Assembly: GCA_025829515.1 (NCBI GenBank) | Contig: GCA_025829515.1_4865.1 | Source: a phage | Strand: one strand, 5' to 3' | DNA: 64,000 nucleotides | Shown: piece after piece, positions 1 to 8,221 of the stretch | Layout of the letters: each line of letters begins with the position of its first letter | How positions within the stretch are numbered: position 1 is the stretch's first letter | Notes under the pieces: model-generated | What the model was told of the DNA's origin: nothing | The model's database searches: none | What the model saw: the letters and a program-made list of their open reading frames with translations, nothing else | Translations under genes and position numbers: made by a program

Positions 1-1
1 G

Positions 2-2203
2 GTAAACGCCAAAGTTTACAACTCCATGGTGGAGCAATTAACCGGAATCACCAAAGAAATCAAAGAGTTAATTAATGGTGAGACCTTATTAACTGACGCC
101 ACTACCGAAGTTCGTCGTAAATGGTTTACGTTAATGTCAGAATCTGATCTGACGTACGTTGTTGGTTGCTATCGACGTTTGCGTAAACTCGCTTCCAGTT
201 TAAGTGGGGCCATTGAGCACACCGGCCGTAAAATCGGTGAGGCAAAAATGCGCGTGGTGGACGATGAAGAAGATCGTGCACGTTTGGAAGTTCGTTTGAA
301 AGAACTCGATGCTGAGCTTCAGGAATTAAACCGCACAATTGAAGCGAGACCCGGTTTAGATAATGCCGTTTCGGTTGATAGTATCCGGAAACGCATTGCT
401 TCGTTGCAACCGGCTGTAAAACTCATTATGGAACGTTATGGCGTTCTGCCTTCTGACGAACTGATTAACGAGTTTCAAAGTCGTGTGGTTGCCTGGCGTG
501 AGCAAGCTGCCTCTGCTGAAACTGAATGCAACATGTACAATAAAGAGTTGTCACAGCTACTGGATGAGGAGTCGCGTCAAGCGTATCTGATGCGCAACCA
601 TACCGGTCTAAAACAAACAATCGACAGCTTAAAACAGGAACTGGCAACGTTCCAACAGAACTGGATGTTCCCGGCTCTGTTTGAAGGTACCCGCATTGAT
701 GTGGATAGCATTCAGAACGCGTTAAACGATGCCTGTAACTGGAATTTACCGTTGTCCATGCATCTGGACCAGTTAAAGACAACAGATCGCCTGGGAGCGT
801 TAGAGAAGCGTTTACAGGGTATGGATTTAACCTCTGCGGGTCTATCTGAAAAGCTGCAACGTTGTGAGAATGTGCTACACGGTTTATACCACGACCGTCA
901 ACACTTCTTAGAAACTGCAGAAGTTGATTGTCCACAGTGTAACCACCGTTTCCGTCCTGGGATTCGTAAGTCGTTACCTGAAATTGAAAAGGCCATCAAC
1001 GATAATGAAGGTTGGAAGAAGCAGCTGAAAGACGAAATGGATAGTCTTTTGCGTGACCGCAAAGAGATTGAAGAGGACGTCCGTAGCTTACGTACGATTC
1101 GCGAAATCGTCATGTCGTATTCCAACCATCCTGTTGTCGGTTTGTTTTTCCGTAAACTGCAGGAGCTGGATATCTTCACCACGGCGCGGGATCGTTATGG
1201 TGCCATTGCACGTGCCTTTACCGAAGAGTTAGATTCGGCCATGATGTATCTGCGTCAATCAGCGAAGCTTGCAACAGCGGAACGGGAATGGCAAGAGGCT
1301 GTTGCCGCAGTAGGTAATGTTGATGGTGCGCTGAGCCAGAAAATTGAACATATCCGTTCACAACTGGACGGGGCTAACCGTCGACTGATAGAATACCGCA
1401 GACAAGCCAATGAGCTGGAACGCGAAACCACCCAACTGCAACAAACCAAAGAAGCAATCGAACGTTTCCAAAAAGGCTACGAACATCTGGTATCGGAAAT
1501 GAACATCTCCGTTAACAACGTCGTGGTTCGCGAGTTGTTAAACCGACGCGAAGCGAAGCTCGATGCGTACACTTCCGCTCGTGAACGGTTTCGTCAAATG
1601 GAAGGGGCTATTGCACGTTTAGCGGAATTGGAAAAAGAGCAAGCTGAGTTGCTCAAAGAACACCATCATGCCAGATTGATTATCAATGCCGTCTCACCCG
1701 AAAAAGGATTATTGCGTCGTTACTTTTATGCTGCGATTACCCGCATCATGGATTTAATGAATCGGTATATCGAAATGGTGTGGGCATATCCGATGCAGGT
1801 TATTCCATGCGATCTAACCGACGGGGATTTGGATTATACTTTCCCGGTGCGATTAAAAGACCATGAAGAACTGGTGCCGGATGTGAAGAAAGGTTCAAAA
1901 GCACAGCGTATCATTTTCAACATGATGTTTCGTTTAACGGCGTATAAAGCACTTGGTTTACAAAATTATCCTTTGTTATTGGATGAACCATCTGAAGGCA
2001 TGGATGAAGAACACAAAAACCGATTAGTTAACTTCATTAAATCGTTGGCGTTGTCGGGAGAGTTTTCTCAATTGCTGGTCGTTTCGCATGAAGCGGAAGT
2101 TCATTCTAAACTTAACGAAGCCACCTACTGTGTCGTAGAACCAGAAGGTGTAACGCTTCCACCGGTGTATAACGAAGGGGTAATAATCAAATATGCATCA
2201 TAA
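2..2203 (+). CDS. Rad50/SbcC-like coiled-coil ATPase, C-terminal portion (5' end lies outside the window)
   Basis: Frame is open to the window edge; long coiled-coil-like region; CPQC zinc-hook motif at 928-939; Walker B LLLDEP near 1969-1989 and H-loop VVSHE near the C-terminus. Confidence 0.7.
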   Translation, partial: VNAKVYNSMVEQLTGITKEIKELINGETLLTDATTEVRRKWFTLMSESDLTYVVGCYRRLRKLASSLSGAIEHTGRKIGEAKMRVVDDEEDRARLEVRLKELDAELQELNRTIEARPGLDNAVSVDSIRKRIASLQPAVKLIMERYGVLPSDELINEFQSRVVAWREQAASAETECNMYNKELSQLLDEESRQAYLMRNHTGLKQTIDSLKQELATFQQNWMFPALFEGTRIDVDSIQNALNDACNWNLPLSMHLDQLKTTDRLGALEKRLQGMDLTSAGLSEKLQRCENVLHGLYHDRQHFLETAEVDCPQCNHRFRPGIRKSLPEIEKAINDNEGWKKQLKDEMDSLLRDRKEIEEDVRSLRTIREIVMSYSNHPVVGLFFRKLQELDIFTTARDRYGAIARAFTEELDSAMMYLRQSAKLATAEREWQEAVAAVGNVDGALSQKIEHIRSQLDGANRRLIEYRRQANELERETTQLQQTKEAIERFQKGYEHLVSEMNISVNNVVVRELLNRREAKLDAYTSARERFRQMEGAIARLAELEKEQAELLKEHHHARLIINAVSPEKGLLRRYFYAAITRIMDLMNRYIEMVWAYPMQVIPCDLTDGDLDYTFPVRLKDHEELVPDVKKGSKAQRIIFNMMFRLTAYKALGLQNYPLLLDEPSEGMDEEHKNRLVNFIKSLALSGEFSQLLVVSHEAEVHSKLNEATYCVVEPEGVTLPPVYNEGVIIKYAS

Positions 2204-2384
2204 AGGTTGGCGCTTATGGGCTTGGTGGGGTTTTCAGTTCCTTCAGTTTGTTGTGATGGTACTGTACCTCTCCTTTTGTGCAACCGTAGTGGTTATCGCT
2301 GCGGTCGTTTATTTAGCTGCTGCTCTTAAAGAACGTCTGTTCGACACGCGTTGTGAGTGGCGAGATATAGGGGAACGGACATGA
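2193..2384 (+). CDS. small hydrophobic membrane protein (63 aa)
   Basis: ORF with a long hydrophobic stretch (FVVMVLYLSFCATVVVIAAVVYLAAAL); first of a coupled small-ORF cassette. Confidence 0.4.
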   Translation: MHHKGWRLWAWWGFQFLQFVVMVLYLSFCATVVVIAAVVYLAAALKERLFDTRCEWRDIGERT

Positions 2385-2485
2385 TTGAAGGTATCGTATT
2401 AACCGGTATTGCACTGTGGTTGATTCGTGGTGCCTGGGGTTGGATTATCCGCACGAAAGGATGGGCGTTCCATGGCAACACGTAA
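2381..2485 (+). CDS. small transmembrane peptide (34 aa)
   Basis: ATGA overlap with upstream ORF; AGGGGA ribosome-binding site 7 nt upstream; single hydrophobic helix; below the ORF-track size cutoff. Confidence 0.35.
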   Translation: MIEGIVLTGIALWLIRGAWGWIIRTKGWAFHGNT

Positions 2486-2675
2486 ACCACGTCGCTTAAA
2501 ATCTTGGGCGGTTGTGATAATGCACACTGTAGTGTTGCTGGGTATTTTCTTGTCTCGTGCCACGCCTGCCTTTTGGGGCTTAGTTGTTTTGGTGTTCTTA
2601 GAAGGGGTTTACTTCGGTAATCTGTGGAGCAAGCCCCCGCGTTTAAGGGACCCGGCTTATGACAGTCGTGAATAG
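2472..2675 (+). CDS. small membrane protein (about 67 aa, two hydrophobic segments)
   Basis: Internal ATG at 2472 preferred over the track start 2427; basic N-terminus followed by hydrophobic segments. Confidence 0.4.
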   Translation: MATRKPRRLKSWAVVIMHTVVLLGIFLSRATPAFWGLVVLVFLEGVYFGNLWSKPPRLRDPAYDSRE

Positions 2676-2790
2676 TGTCAACGCGGCGATGATTGCAACG
2701 GGTGCGTATGACGGTGCCACATGGACAGATGTTGGTATCACGCTTATCATTTGCGCAATCGGAGCGTTTGTAGCAACATGGTTATTTTAG
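2659..2790 (+). CDS. small transmembrane peptide (43 aa)
   Basis: AAGGGA ribosome-binding site 8 nt upstream of ATG 2659; hydrophobic C-terminal half; overlaps neighbours. Confidence 0.35.
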   Translation: MTVVNSVNAAMIATGAYDGATWTDVGITLIICAIGAFVATWLF

Positions 2791-2885
2791 TGAAATGGGT
2801 TGGGTGTATCGTCTGTAGCCTGATACTAGGAGCGGGCGCATACGCCCTAGGCGCAATCCTTGCATTGACGCAAGGTTGGTTTTAA
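2790..2885 (+). CDS. small hydrophobic peptide (31 aa, GTG start)
   Basis: GTG overlapping the upstream TAG stop (translational coupling); almost entirely hydrophobic; no independent ribosome-binding site. Confidence 0.25.
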   Translation: MKWVGCIVCSLILGAGAYALGAILALTQGWF

Positions 2886-2903
2886 CAGGAGGGTAATTAC
2901 GAA

Positions 2904-3182
2904 GTGGGAGAAACGTCATGTAACAGTGAAACAGTCTCTGATCCCGTGGTCGTGGGTTCAGGGGCGGCCGAGCCAACCCGGCGTATCGTTCTTTCGGGCG
3001 TGGGGATGGCTATAGGGTCTTCAAAGAACCTTCTAGCAGACATCGCGGAAGTCTGCGGGCCGGATGATTTTGCAGTTTCACGTACAGTCGGGGAAGACTG
3101 GCGTGGTAATCAGAAGCGCCATGAGCGAATGTGGCGACGGAAGGTTACCTCAGCATCGCAGCGTTTTCAACGACGTTGTTGA
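2904..3182 (+). CDS. hypothetical protein (GTG start), in a GC-rich patch
   Basis: AGGAGGG ribosome-binding site upstream of GTG 2904; composition atypical for the window, so coding status uncertain. Confidence 0.3.
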   Translation: MGETSCNSETVSDPVVVGSGAAEPTRRIVLSGVGMAIGSSKNLLADIAEVCGPDDFAVSRTVGEDWRGNQKRHERMWRRKVTSASQRFQRRC

Positions 3183-3301
3183 TCAAAGACACGGTTCCGA
3201 TAGAGAACTGGTCTTTACCTGCAGCGGTATACACCGCTAAGCTTTACCGGTAAACTTAAGAAAACACAAACGCAATTCTTCGTTACTCGCTTTCATCGCA
3301 G

Positions 3302-3817
3302 GTGAAAGCTCACTTAGGAATTCAGCTCATGGCCGAAATTGTCATTCTTTCCTCATCCTCAGATTTAACGGAAGCACAAAATAAACAGCTGTTGGGGCTG
3401 CATTATAAATTTCTGAACCACCAACGTACCATACTCCATATCGAAAAAGGTGAGATTCCGAACCTCACTCTGGAGAAACTGTTGGCGGGGAACCGTGCCT
3501 GCGTTGCTCTGGAAGGGGGCACCCCTGTTGGTTACTGTTTGTATCGCGTAATCGCTGGGGTTCTGAAGATTCGTACGATGTTCGTGTCCGAAATGGCACG
3601 CCGTCGCAAAACGATGACGCAGATTTTTGATGCGCTTGATGTGAATGAGCAGTTCACCAGTGCGCATGGGGGAATATACGCTTGCCAGGAAGCTGGTATT
3701 GCGTTCTTTACCGCTCGCGGTTTTGACAAGACCGTCTCTACAGACGGACAATGGCTTGAATTTAAGAAGCAGGTTCCTGCGGAAGCAGATGAACCTTTAA
3801 GGACTGCGGTAGCATAG
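3302..3817 (+). CDS. hypothetical protein (weak acetyltransferase-like resemblance, unverified)
   Basis: ORF in + strand gene array; alternative ATG at 3329. Confidence 0.45.
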   Translation: MKAHLGIQLMAEIVILSSSSDLTEAQNKQLLGLHYKFLNHQRTILHIEKGEIPNLTLEKLLAGNRACVALEGGTPVGYCLYRVIAGVLKIRTMFVSEMARRRKTMTQIFDALDVNEQFTSAHGGIYACQEAGIAFFTARGFDKTVSTDGQWLEFKKQVPAEADEPLRTAVA

Positions 3818-3887
3818 TCCTGTTTTAGCACTCCTTACGATTATGCCTCACTATGAGTGGGGTATTTTTACGCGAGGAGTGCTATTT

Positions 3888-4106
3888 ATGTTTCACCGTC
3901 CTGGGTTTTCAGCTTTAAACACCGATGTCTGTTGGGCTGAGTACGAGCGGGTGAAGGAGTTCTTACCCGTAAATCCTAAACACATCAACGTGGGTACTAT
4001 CGGGCGTGTTGCGTTCGATGATACTCCGCTGAGTACGTGTATTAAAGCAGCGCTTGGTACGCTGCCTGAGCCTCACCACCACGACTGGGAGGCAACTTTA
4101 CCCTAA
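3888..4106 (+). CDS. hypothetical protein
   Basis: GAGGAG ribosome-binding site 8 nt upstream of ATG 3888 (track start 3843 is in frame upstream). Confidence 0.4.
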   Translation: MFHRPGFSALNTDVCWAEYERVKEFLPVNPKHINVGTIGRVAFDDTPLSTCIKAALGTLPEPHHHDWEATLP

Positions 4107-4117
4107 GGAGCATTAAA

Positions 4118-4540
4118 ATGGTTACCGCTATTCGCGAAACAAAATCACTATACGATCATTTATCAGAAGAAGAAACAGCCTTATTCTACGACCTGTTACC
4201 TGAAACCAAAGCAAACGTTCAGTGGTGGTTACGTTTAGCGCTACGTGATAAAGTTGGGGAAACGCCGGTTAGTATTCTCGCGCACACGTTGGACATGACG
4301 CCCATGATTGAAATCGCGATTACCCGCCCTAAATTCTGGCGGCCTGGTATGGTGCGTGAGGCGTATCTACTCCAACGCTTAGGTGTTGACCCGGAGAAGT
4401 GTTGGCGTAAGATGGACGACCATCGCTACCGTGAAGAAATTACGAATAGCCTCAACACTATGTTGGCAATGAAACGGCTCGGTATCGAACACGAAGGTTT
4501 CGAGTCAGCGGTAAAAGCCTGGGTGAAAAGGAATAGCTAA
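4118..4540 (+). CDS. hypothetical protein
   Basis: TAAGGAG ribosome-binding site upstream of ATG. Confidence 0.6.
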   Translation: MVTAIRETKSLYDHLSEEETALFYDLLPETKANVQWWLRLALRDKVGETPVSILAHTLDMTPMIEIAITRPKFWRPGMVREAYLLQRLGVDPEKCWRKMDDHRYREEITNSLNTMLAMKRLGIEHEGFESAVKAWVKRNS

Positions 4541-4789
4541 ATGCAAAAAACAATCATCGGAATAACGGTTGGTTCTTTCTGTGGCTTCCCTACCCCACAA
4601 ACAGAACCCCAATATTTGGGCGCAGGCAAACCTGACCCGGAAGTCCGTAAGTTGCGCGAAGAAGCAAAAGCCAGAGTTCTTACTGAGCTGGAATCGTTGC
4701 TTCAGTCTCCGGTTATTTCACAATGGGGTATGGCAATAGATGTCACTCGAACTGATCGACGAGGCCGTTATCTCCCACGACTTGTTTAA
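4541..4789 (+). CDS. hypothetical protein
   Basis: ORF immediately following the previous stop; overlaps next ORF by 50 nt. Confidence 0.4.
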   Translation: MQKTIIGITVGSFCGFPTPQTEPQYLGAGKPDPEVRKLREEAKARVLTELESLLQSPVISQWGMAIDVTRTDRRGRYLPRLV

Positions 4790-5240
4790 CGCGCCTGAGC
4801 GCTTCAAGGTCGTTACAGTTAACTGCGTTGGTGCAATGGGAAGGGGCATTGCCTTGGCGTGCCGAGAACGCTTCCCATCGCTTTATAATGACTATCGCCA
4901 GAAATGCCGTAAAGAGCAAATCGTTATCGGTGAGGTCTATTGTTATCCTGAGGAAGGGGTAATACTCCTTCCTACTAAAACCCATTTTCGCTATAAATCG
5001 CAGATTTACTATGTCACGTCCGGCATTGATGCGCTGGCGCGACTAGGGGAAGACTTAGAAGGAGGGATTGCGATACCACCCCTAGGGATGGCTAACGGTT
5101 GGTTACGTTACCATGAGCGATTGGAAATCTTTATACACTTACAGAAACGACTACAGCACACGGAGCAGACTTATCGATTCTATTTACCGGACACCTTGCT
5201 GAGGGAAGCAGAGAAAATCATCCCAAATAGTTTCAAATAG
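4740..5240 (+). CDS. macro-domain-like protein (putative ADP-ribose binding or processing)
   Basis: N-terminal VVTVNCVGAMGRGIALA and later IAIPPLGMANG motifs resemble the two macro-domain signature regions, with about 86 aa spacing. Confidence 0.45.
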   Translation: MSLELIDEAVISHDLFNAPERFKVVTVNCVGAMGRGIALACRERFPSLYNDYRQKCRKEQIVIGEVYCYPEEGVILLPTKTHFRYKSQIYYVTSGIDALARLGEDLEGGIAIPPLGMANGWLRYHERLEIFIHLQKRLQHTEQTYRFYLPDTLLREAEKIIPNSFK

Positions 5241-5258
5241 ATATTATCATCAGGGCAC
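5234..5258 (+). promoter_or_regulatory. conserved phage promoter-like element (core AGATATTATC)
   Basis: One of five related intergenic copies, each upstream of a + strand gene. Confidence 0.45.
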
Positions 5259-5339
5259 ATTACAAAGGAGCACAATGCCGTCCGCGCCGTCTTCCCGGAT
5301 TGGGAACGGAAAAGTATAAATCCGTTTGGAGATACATCC

Positions 5340-6062
5340 ATGTTTCGCACCATTTTATTTCTTCTGGTAGCAATGACTACGTTCAACAGCAACGCTTCTT
5401 ACCAGACCACCAGTAACAAACACCAAAAAGAATTCGTCCTTATCCAGGACCAGTTCAATGAGATTAAACCTCTCATCGTCACCGCATCTCGAAAACAAGG
5501 CGTACATGCCGGGATGCTCGCGACCACCATTTATCGTGAATCCCGTTTTAATAAAAACGTGGGTAAGAATAAATCGAGCAGTGCTAGTAGTGTTGTCCAA
5601 ATGACGACAGGCACTAAACGCTCCATGATACGTCTGTATGGGAAACAACTTAACATCCCAAAGAATGCGGACCTTAATAAACCGAAGTATGCTGTACAGC
5701 TTGCTGCCGTTTACATGAAACACATCGAGGATCATCTGACAAAACAACTCAAACGCAAGCCGAGCACAGCCGAAATCGCTTTAGGCTACCGCTTCGGTGA
5801 GGGTGCTGCTGTTGCGATGATTAAAAAGAAATCACCGGTCGGGAAACGCTGGATGGCCAGCTACCGAAAAGACGCAGCATTCTACGGTGCGAAAATGACA
5901 CCACCGAAAGCTGAAACACGTCAGCTTGCTTTTGCGAAGGAAGACCGCGACCAACGCGTCGCTGAGCTTCAGAAAATCTGGGATACGCTGTACACCAAAA
6001 TATCACCTGCGGCCGGTACATTACTGGCAAATAACACTATCATGAAAGGAGCATTGCTTTGA
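5340..6062 (+). CDS. secreted lytic transglycosylase-like protein (SLT domain with N-terminal signal sequence)
   Basis: Hydrophobic N-terminus MFRTILFLLVAMTTF; catalytic-type motif YRESRFN followed by SSASSVVQMTTGT. Confidence 0.65.
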   Translation: MFRTILFLLVAMTTFNSNASYQTTSNKHQKEFVLIQDQFNEIKPLIVTASRKQGVHAGMLATTIYRESRFNKNVGKNKSSSASSVVQMTTGTKRSMIRLYGKQLNIPKNADLNKPKYAVQLAAVYMKHIEDHLTKQLKRKPSTAEIALGYRFGEGAAVAMIKKKSPVGKRWMASYRKDAAFYGAKMTPPKAETRQLAFAKEDRDQRVAELQKIWDTLYTKISPAAGTLLANNTIMKGALL

Positions 6063-6652
6063 CACTCGTAACACGCCCCTGGTATCCAGGTCTTAAAACA
6101 GCCGCACAAATCACCGCCAAAGACGTTTACGAACTGATTCGCGCGGGTGCGGAACACGTTCAAACCAATCCGAACTACGTTGAGCGTCCTATCGGTGAAG
6201 TCGATGGGGAAGCTGTCGAAGCACCTGTCTACGTTGAGTACGGCGAATGGTTCGCAGAGAACCACGGTTTCTACGACGCGTTAAACGCGGCGTTTGGTGA
6301 TGACGAAGACGAAGGTATCGAATTCGACTGGAACGTTAATCTGGCGCTGATGTGGATTTGTGGTTTACGTCCAGCAATTAACGAAACCGAAGCAGGCTTC
6401 GTGCTGACGTGGCGACAGTCGGCGGGTTACGATAAAGAACTCGACTTCAAACAGGCGTATATGGATGTGTCGATTGCACTGCAGAAACTGTTCTTCGGCG
6501 ATCGTGCTTTCTGCCAGCTCAGCTGGTTGACCATCCTGGAAAAACTGGCAACGTGCCACAAACTGTGGCGAGCAGAAGATGCCCCAGAACATCTTTTCGT
6601 GCTCGAATATGCAGTGGTACCGAACCAGCCGTTCTTTGAGGCCGAAGCGTAA
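6059..6652 (+). CDS. hypothetical acidic protein
   Basis: ORF overlapping upstream stop; followed by hairpin terminator. Confidence 0.55.
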   Translation: MTLVTRPWYPGLKTAAQITAKDVYELIRAGAEHVQTNPNYVERPIGEVDGEAVEAPVYVEYGEWFAENHGFYDALNAAFGDDEDEGIEFDWNVNLALMWICGLRPAINETEAGFVLTWRQSAGYDKELDFKQAYMDVSIALQKLFFGDRAFCQLSWLTILEKLATCHKLWRAEDAPEHLFVLEYAVVPNQPFFEAEA

Positions 6653-6657
6653 TTAAC

Positions 6658-6690
6658 GGTCAGACCTTCGGGTCTGACCACCTTTTATTT
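6658..6690 (+). terminator. intrinsic terminator hairpin
   Basis: GGTCAGACC-TTCG-GGTCTGACC stem-loop followed by a T-rich tract. Confidence 0.6.
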
Positions 6691-6703
6691 AATTCTTGGG
6701 TGT

Positions 6704-6970
6704 GTGTTCGTGAAACGTTTAATAAATTTTCTCTACTGGATGGAGAAACGCTATAGCCACAACATTCCGATGATGTATAGTTTGTTATTCTCCACGGTAA
6801 TGTTGGTAATCGGTGCGATCGTCGCACATCTGATGGAACTCACGTCCCCATGGGCGCAACTCTTTCTTACCATCTGGATGTTGTTCTCAGGCTACCACAT
6901 ACGTGGTTTCATAACCCGATTCTTTCGCTGGCGGAGTACCTGGCACGTCTTTAATTCCGACCGTAACTAG
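6704..6970 (+). CDS. small membrane protein
   Basis: Two hydrophobic segments; start codon uncertain (GTG 6704 or downstream ATG). Confidence 0.4.
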   Translation: MFVKRLINFLYWMEKRYSHNIPMMYSLLFSTVMLVIGAIVAHLMELTSPWAQLFLTIWMLFSGYHIRGFITRFFRWRSTWHVFNSDRN

Positions 6971-7030
6971 TTTTTTACAGCAGTAACTAATCATCTGAAA
7001 ATACCATTGACTTTTATAAGGACTATTAAC

Positions 7031-8164
7031 ATGCAATTTCCAATTTCCGTAATCGAAGATATGGCTCGTGTAGTACGTGACCGTGCGTATGTGCTTAGCT
7101 ACGAAGGTATTCGTGCATATTCAGAAGCTCTGATTGCACAACACGTCACTGGCACCGGTGTTATCAACCCGGATCTTTACAATGCGCTGGTCGATAACAA
7201 TGTGGAGGCTTATCTGCCGCTGCCGCACCTGCGTAATAAGTTGTGCCTTTCTTCTCAAACTCTTCAGTTTGATAACCTGCCGCCACTGAAATATTCGCCA
7301 GATGACCGTTGGGGAAGTATGCTGGGCGTAGCTTTCCAAAATTGCCACGCGCCTTATAACTGGTCTATTCTCGTTGAAGGTGTTGATGGCGTCTGGTATG
7401 CCATTGCACATTCTGACGGATTCTTCTTCGAACCAGGTGAGTTGATTAAACCAGTAAGTGCCCCACAAGGCCGTGCTAAGGTTGGGCATTGTTACATTGA
7501 ATTGACTCATGTCCAGTGGACTATCGAAGACTGGCGTGCTGCCTCCGTTATCTTCGGTGACGGTAAACCACACTCAGTTACTTTCGAGCGTTGTGAAGCA
7601 GAGCATGTTGAAGAGACTGACAATGACGAAGTGGGAGATCGTTACGCGCCGCTGGAAGAGTGCCGTAACATCGCGAACATCGACTGGGTGAAAGTCTTTA
7701 CGGCCAACCCCGGTTTCCGTGGCCAGACTATCAACCCCGGCGAAGTAACCTGGGAAGGTTTCGTACAACTCGCAGATAAACTCGGTTATGACGTGTGGGA
7801 TTACACCTACAAACGTCCATACCCGAATGCGTCGGAAGATGAAGACCACGATGAAATCATTCTGGAAAACCTGGCTGATATCGAAAACGTGTTCATCGAT
7901 GATGAAATCTTCATCACCCTCGGCATTGAGCGTCCGAAATCAACCGCATATCCGGTATCGGTTGCCAACGTTATTCAGGAACTGGGCAAGATGCAGGAGC
8001 AGACCGTCGAAGTGAAAATCGACGAAGAGCAAATGCATATCGCTGCACAGGTACAGAAAACTCTGAACCTGGATAAGCTGTACGCGGAAATCCGCAAGCA
8101 GCCGAAAAAGAAACGTACTGCTGCCACAATCAAAGCAATGATGCGTGAAATTATCGGCAAGTAA
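7031..8164 (+). CDS. hypothetical acidic protein
   Basis: AAGGA ribosome-binding site 9 nt upstream of ATG 7031 (track TTG 7007 less likely); followed by bidirectional terminator. Confidence 0.6.
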   Translation: MQFPISVIEDMARVVRDRAYVLSYEGIRAYSEALIAQHVTGTGVINPDLYNALVDNNVEAYLPLPHLRNKLCLSSQTLQFDNLPPLKYSPDDRWGSMLGVAFQNCHAPYNWSILVEGVDGVWYAIAHSDGFFFEPGELIKPVSAPQGRAKVGHCYIELTHVQWTIEDWRAASVIFGDGKPHSVTFERCEAEHVEETDNDEVGDRYAPLEECRNIANIDWVKVFTANPGFRGQTINPGEVTWEGFVQLADKLGYDVWDYTYKRPYPNASEDEDHDEIILENLADIENVFIDDEIFITLGIERPKSTAYPVSVANVIQELGKMQEQTVEVKIDEEQMHIAAQVQKTLNLDKLYAEIRKQPKKKRTAATIKAMMREIIGK

Positions 8165-8170
8165 TGCGAT

Positions 8171-8219
8171 AAAAAATAAAAGCCTACCTACTCCCTTGGG
8201 AGTAGGTAGTTCTTTTTTT
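8171..8219. terminator. bidirectional intrinsic terminator
   Basis: A-tract, 11-12 bp stem CTACCTACTCCC/GGGAGTAGGTAG, then T-tract; lies between convergent genes. Confidence 0.7.
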
Positions 8220-8221
8220 CT

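Noticed and set aside
2782-2976. Minus-strand 64-aa ORF across the small-peptide cassette and GC-rich patch
   Set aside because: No ribosome-binding site, and it is antisense to the coupled + strand peptide ORFs.
6990-7030. Sigma70-like TTGACT and TATTAA hexamers upstream of gene 7031
   Set aside because: The spacer is about 11 nt, too short for a functional -35/-10 pair, and TTGACT overlaps the alternative TTG start.
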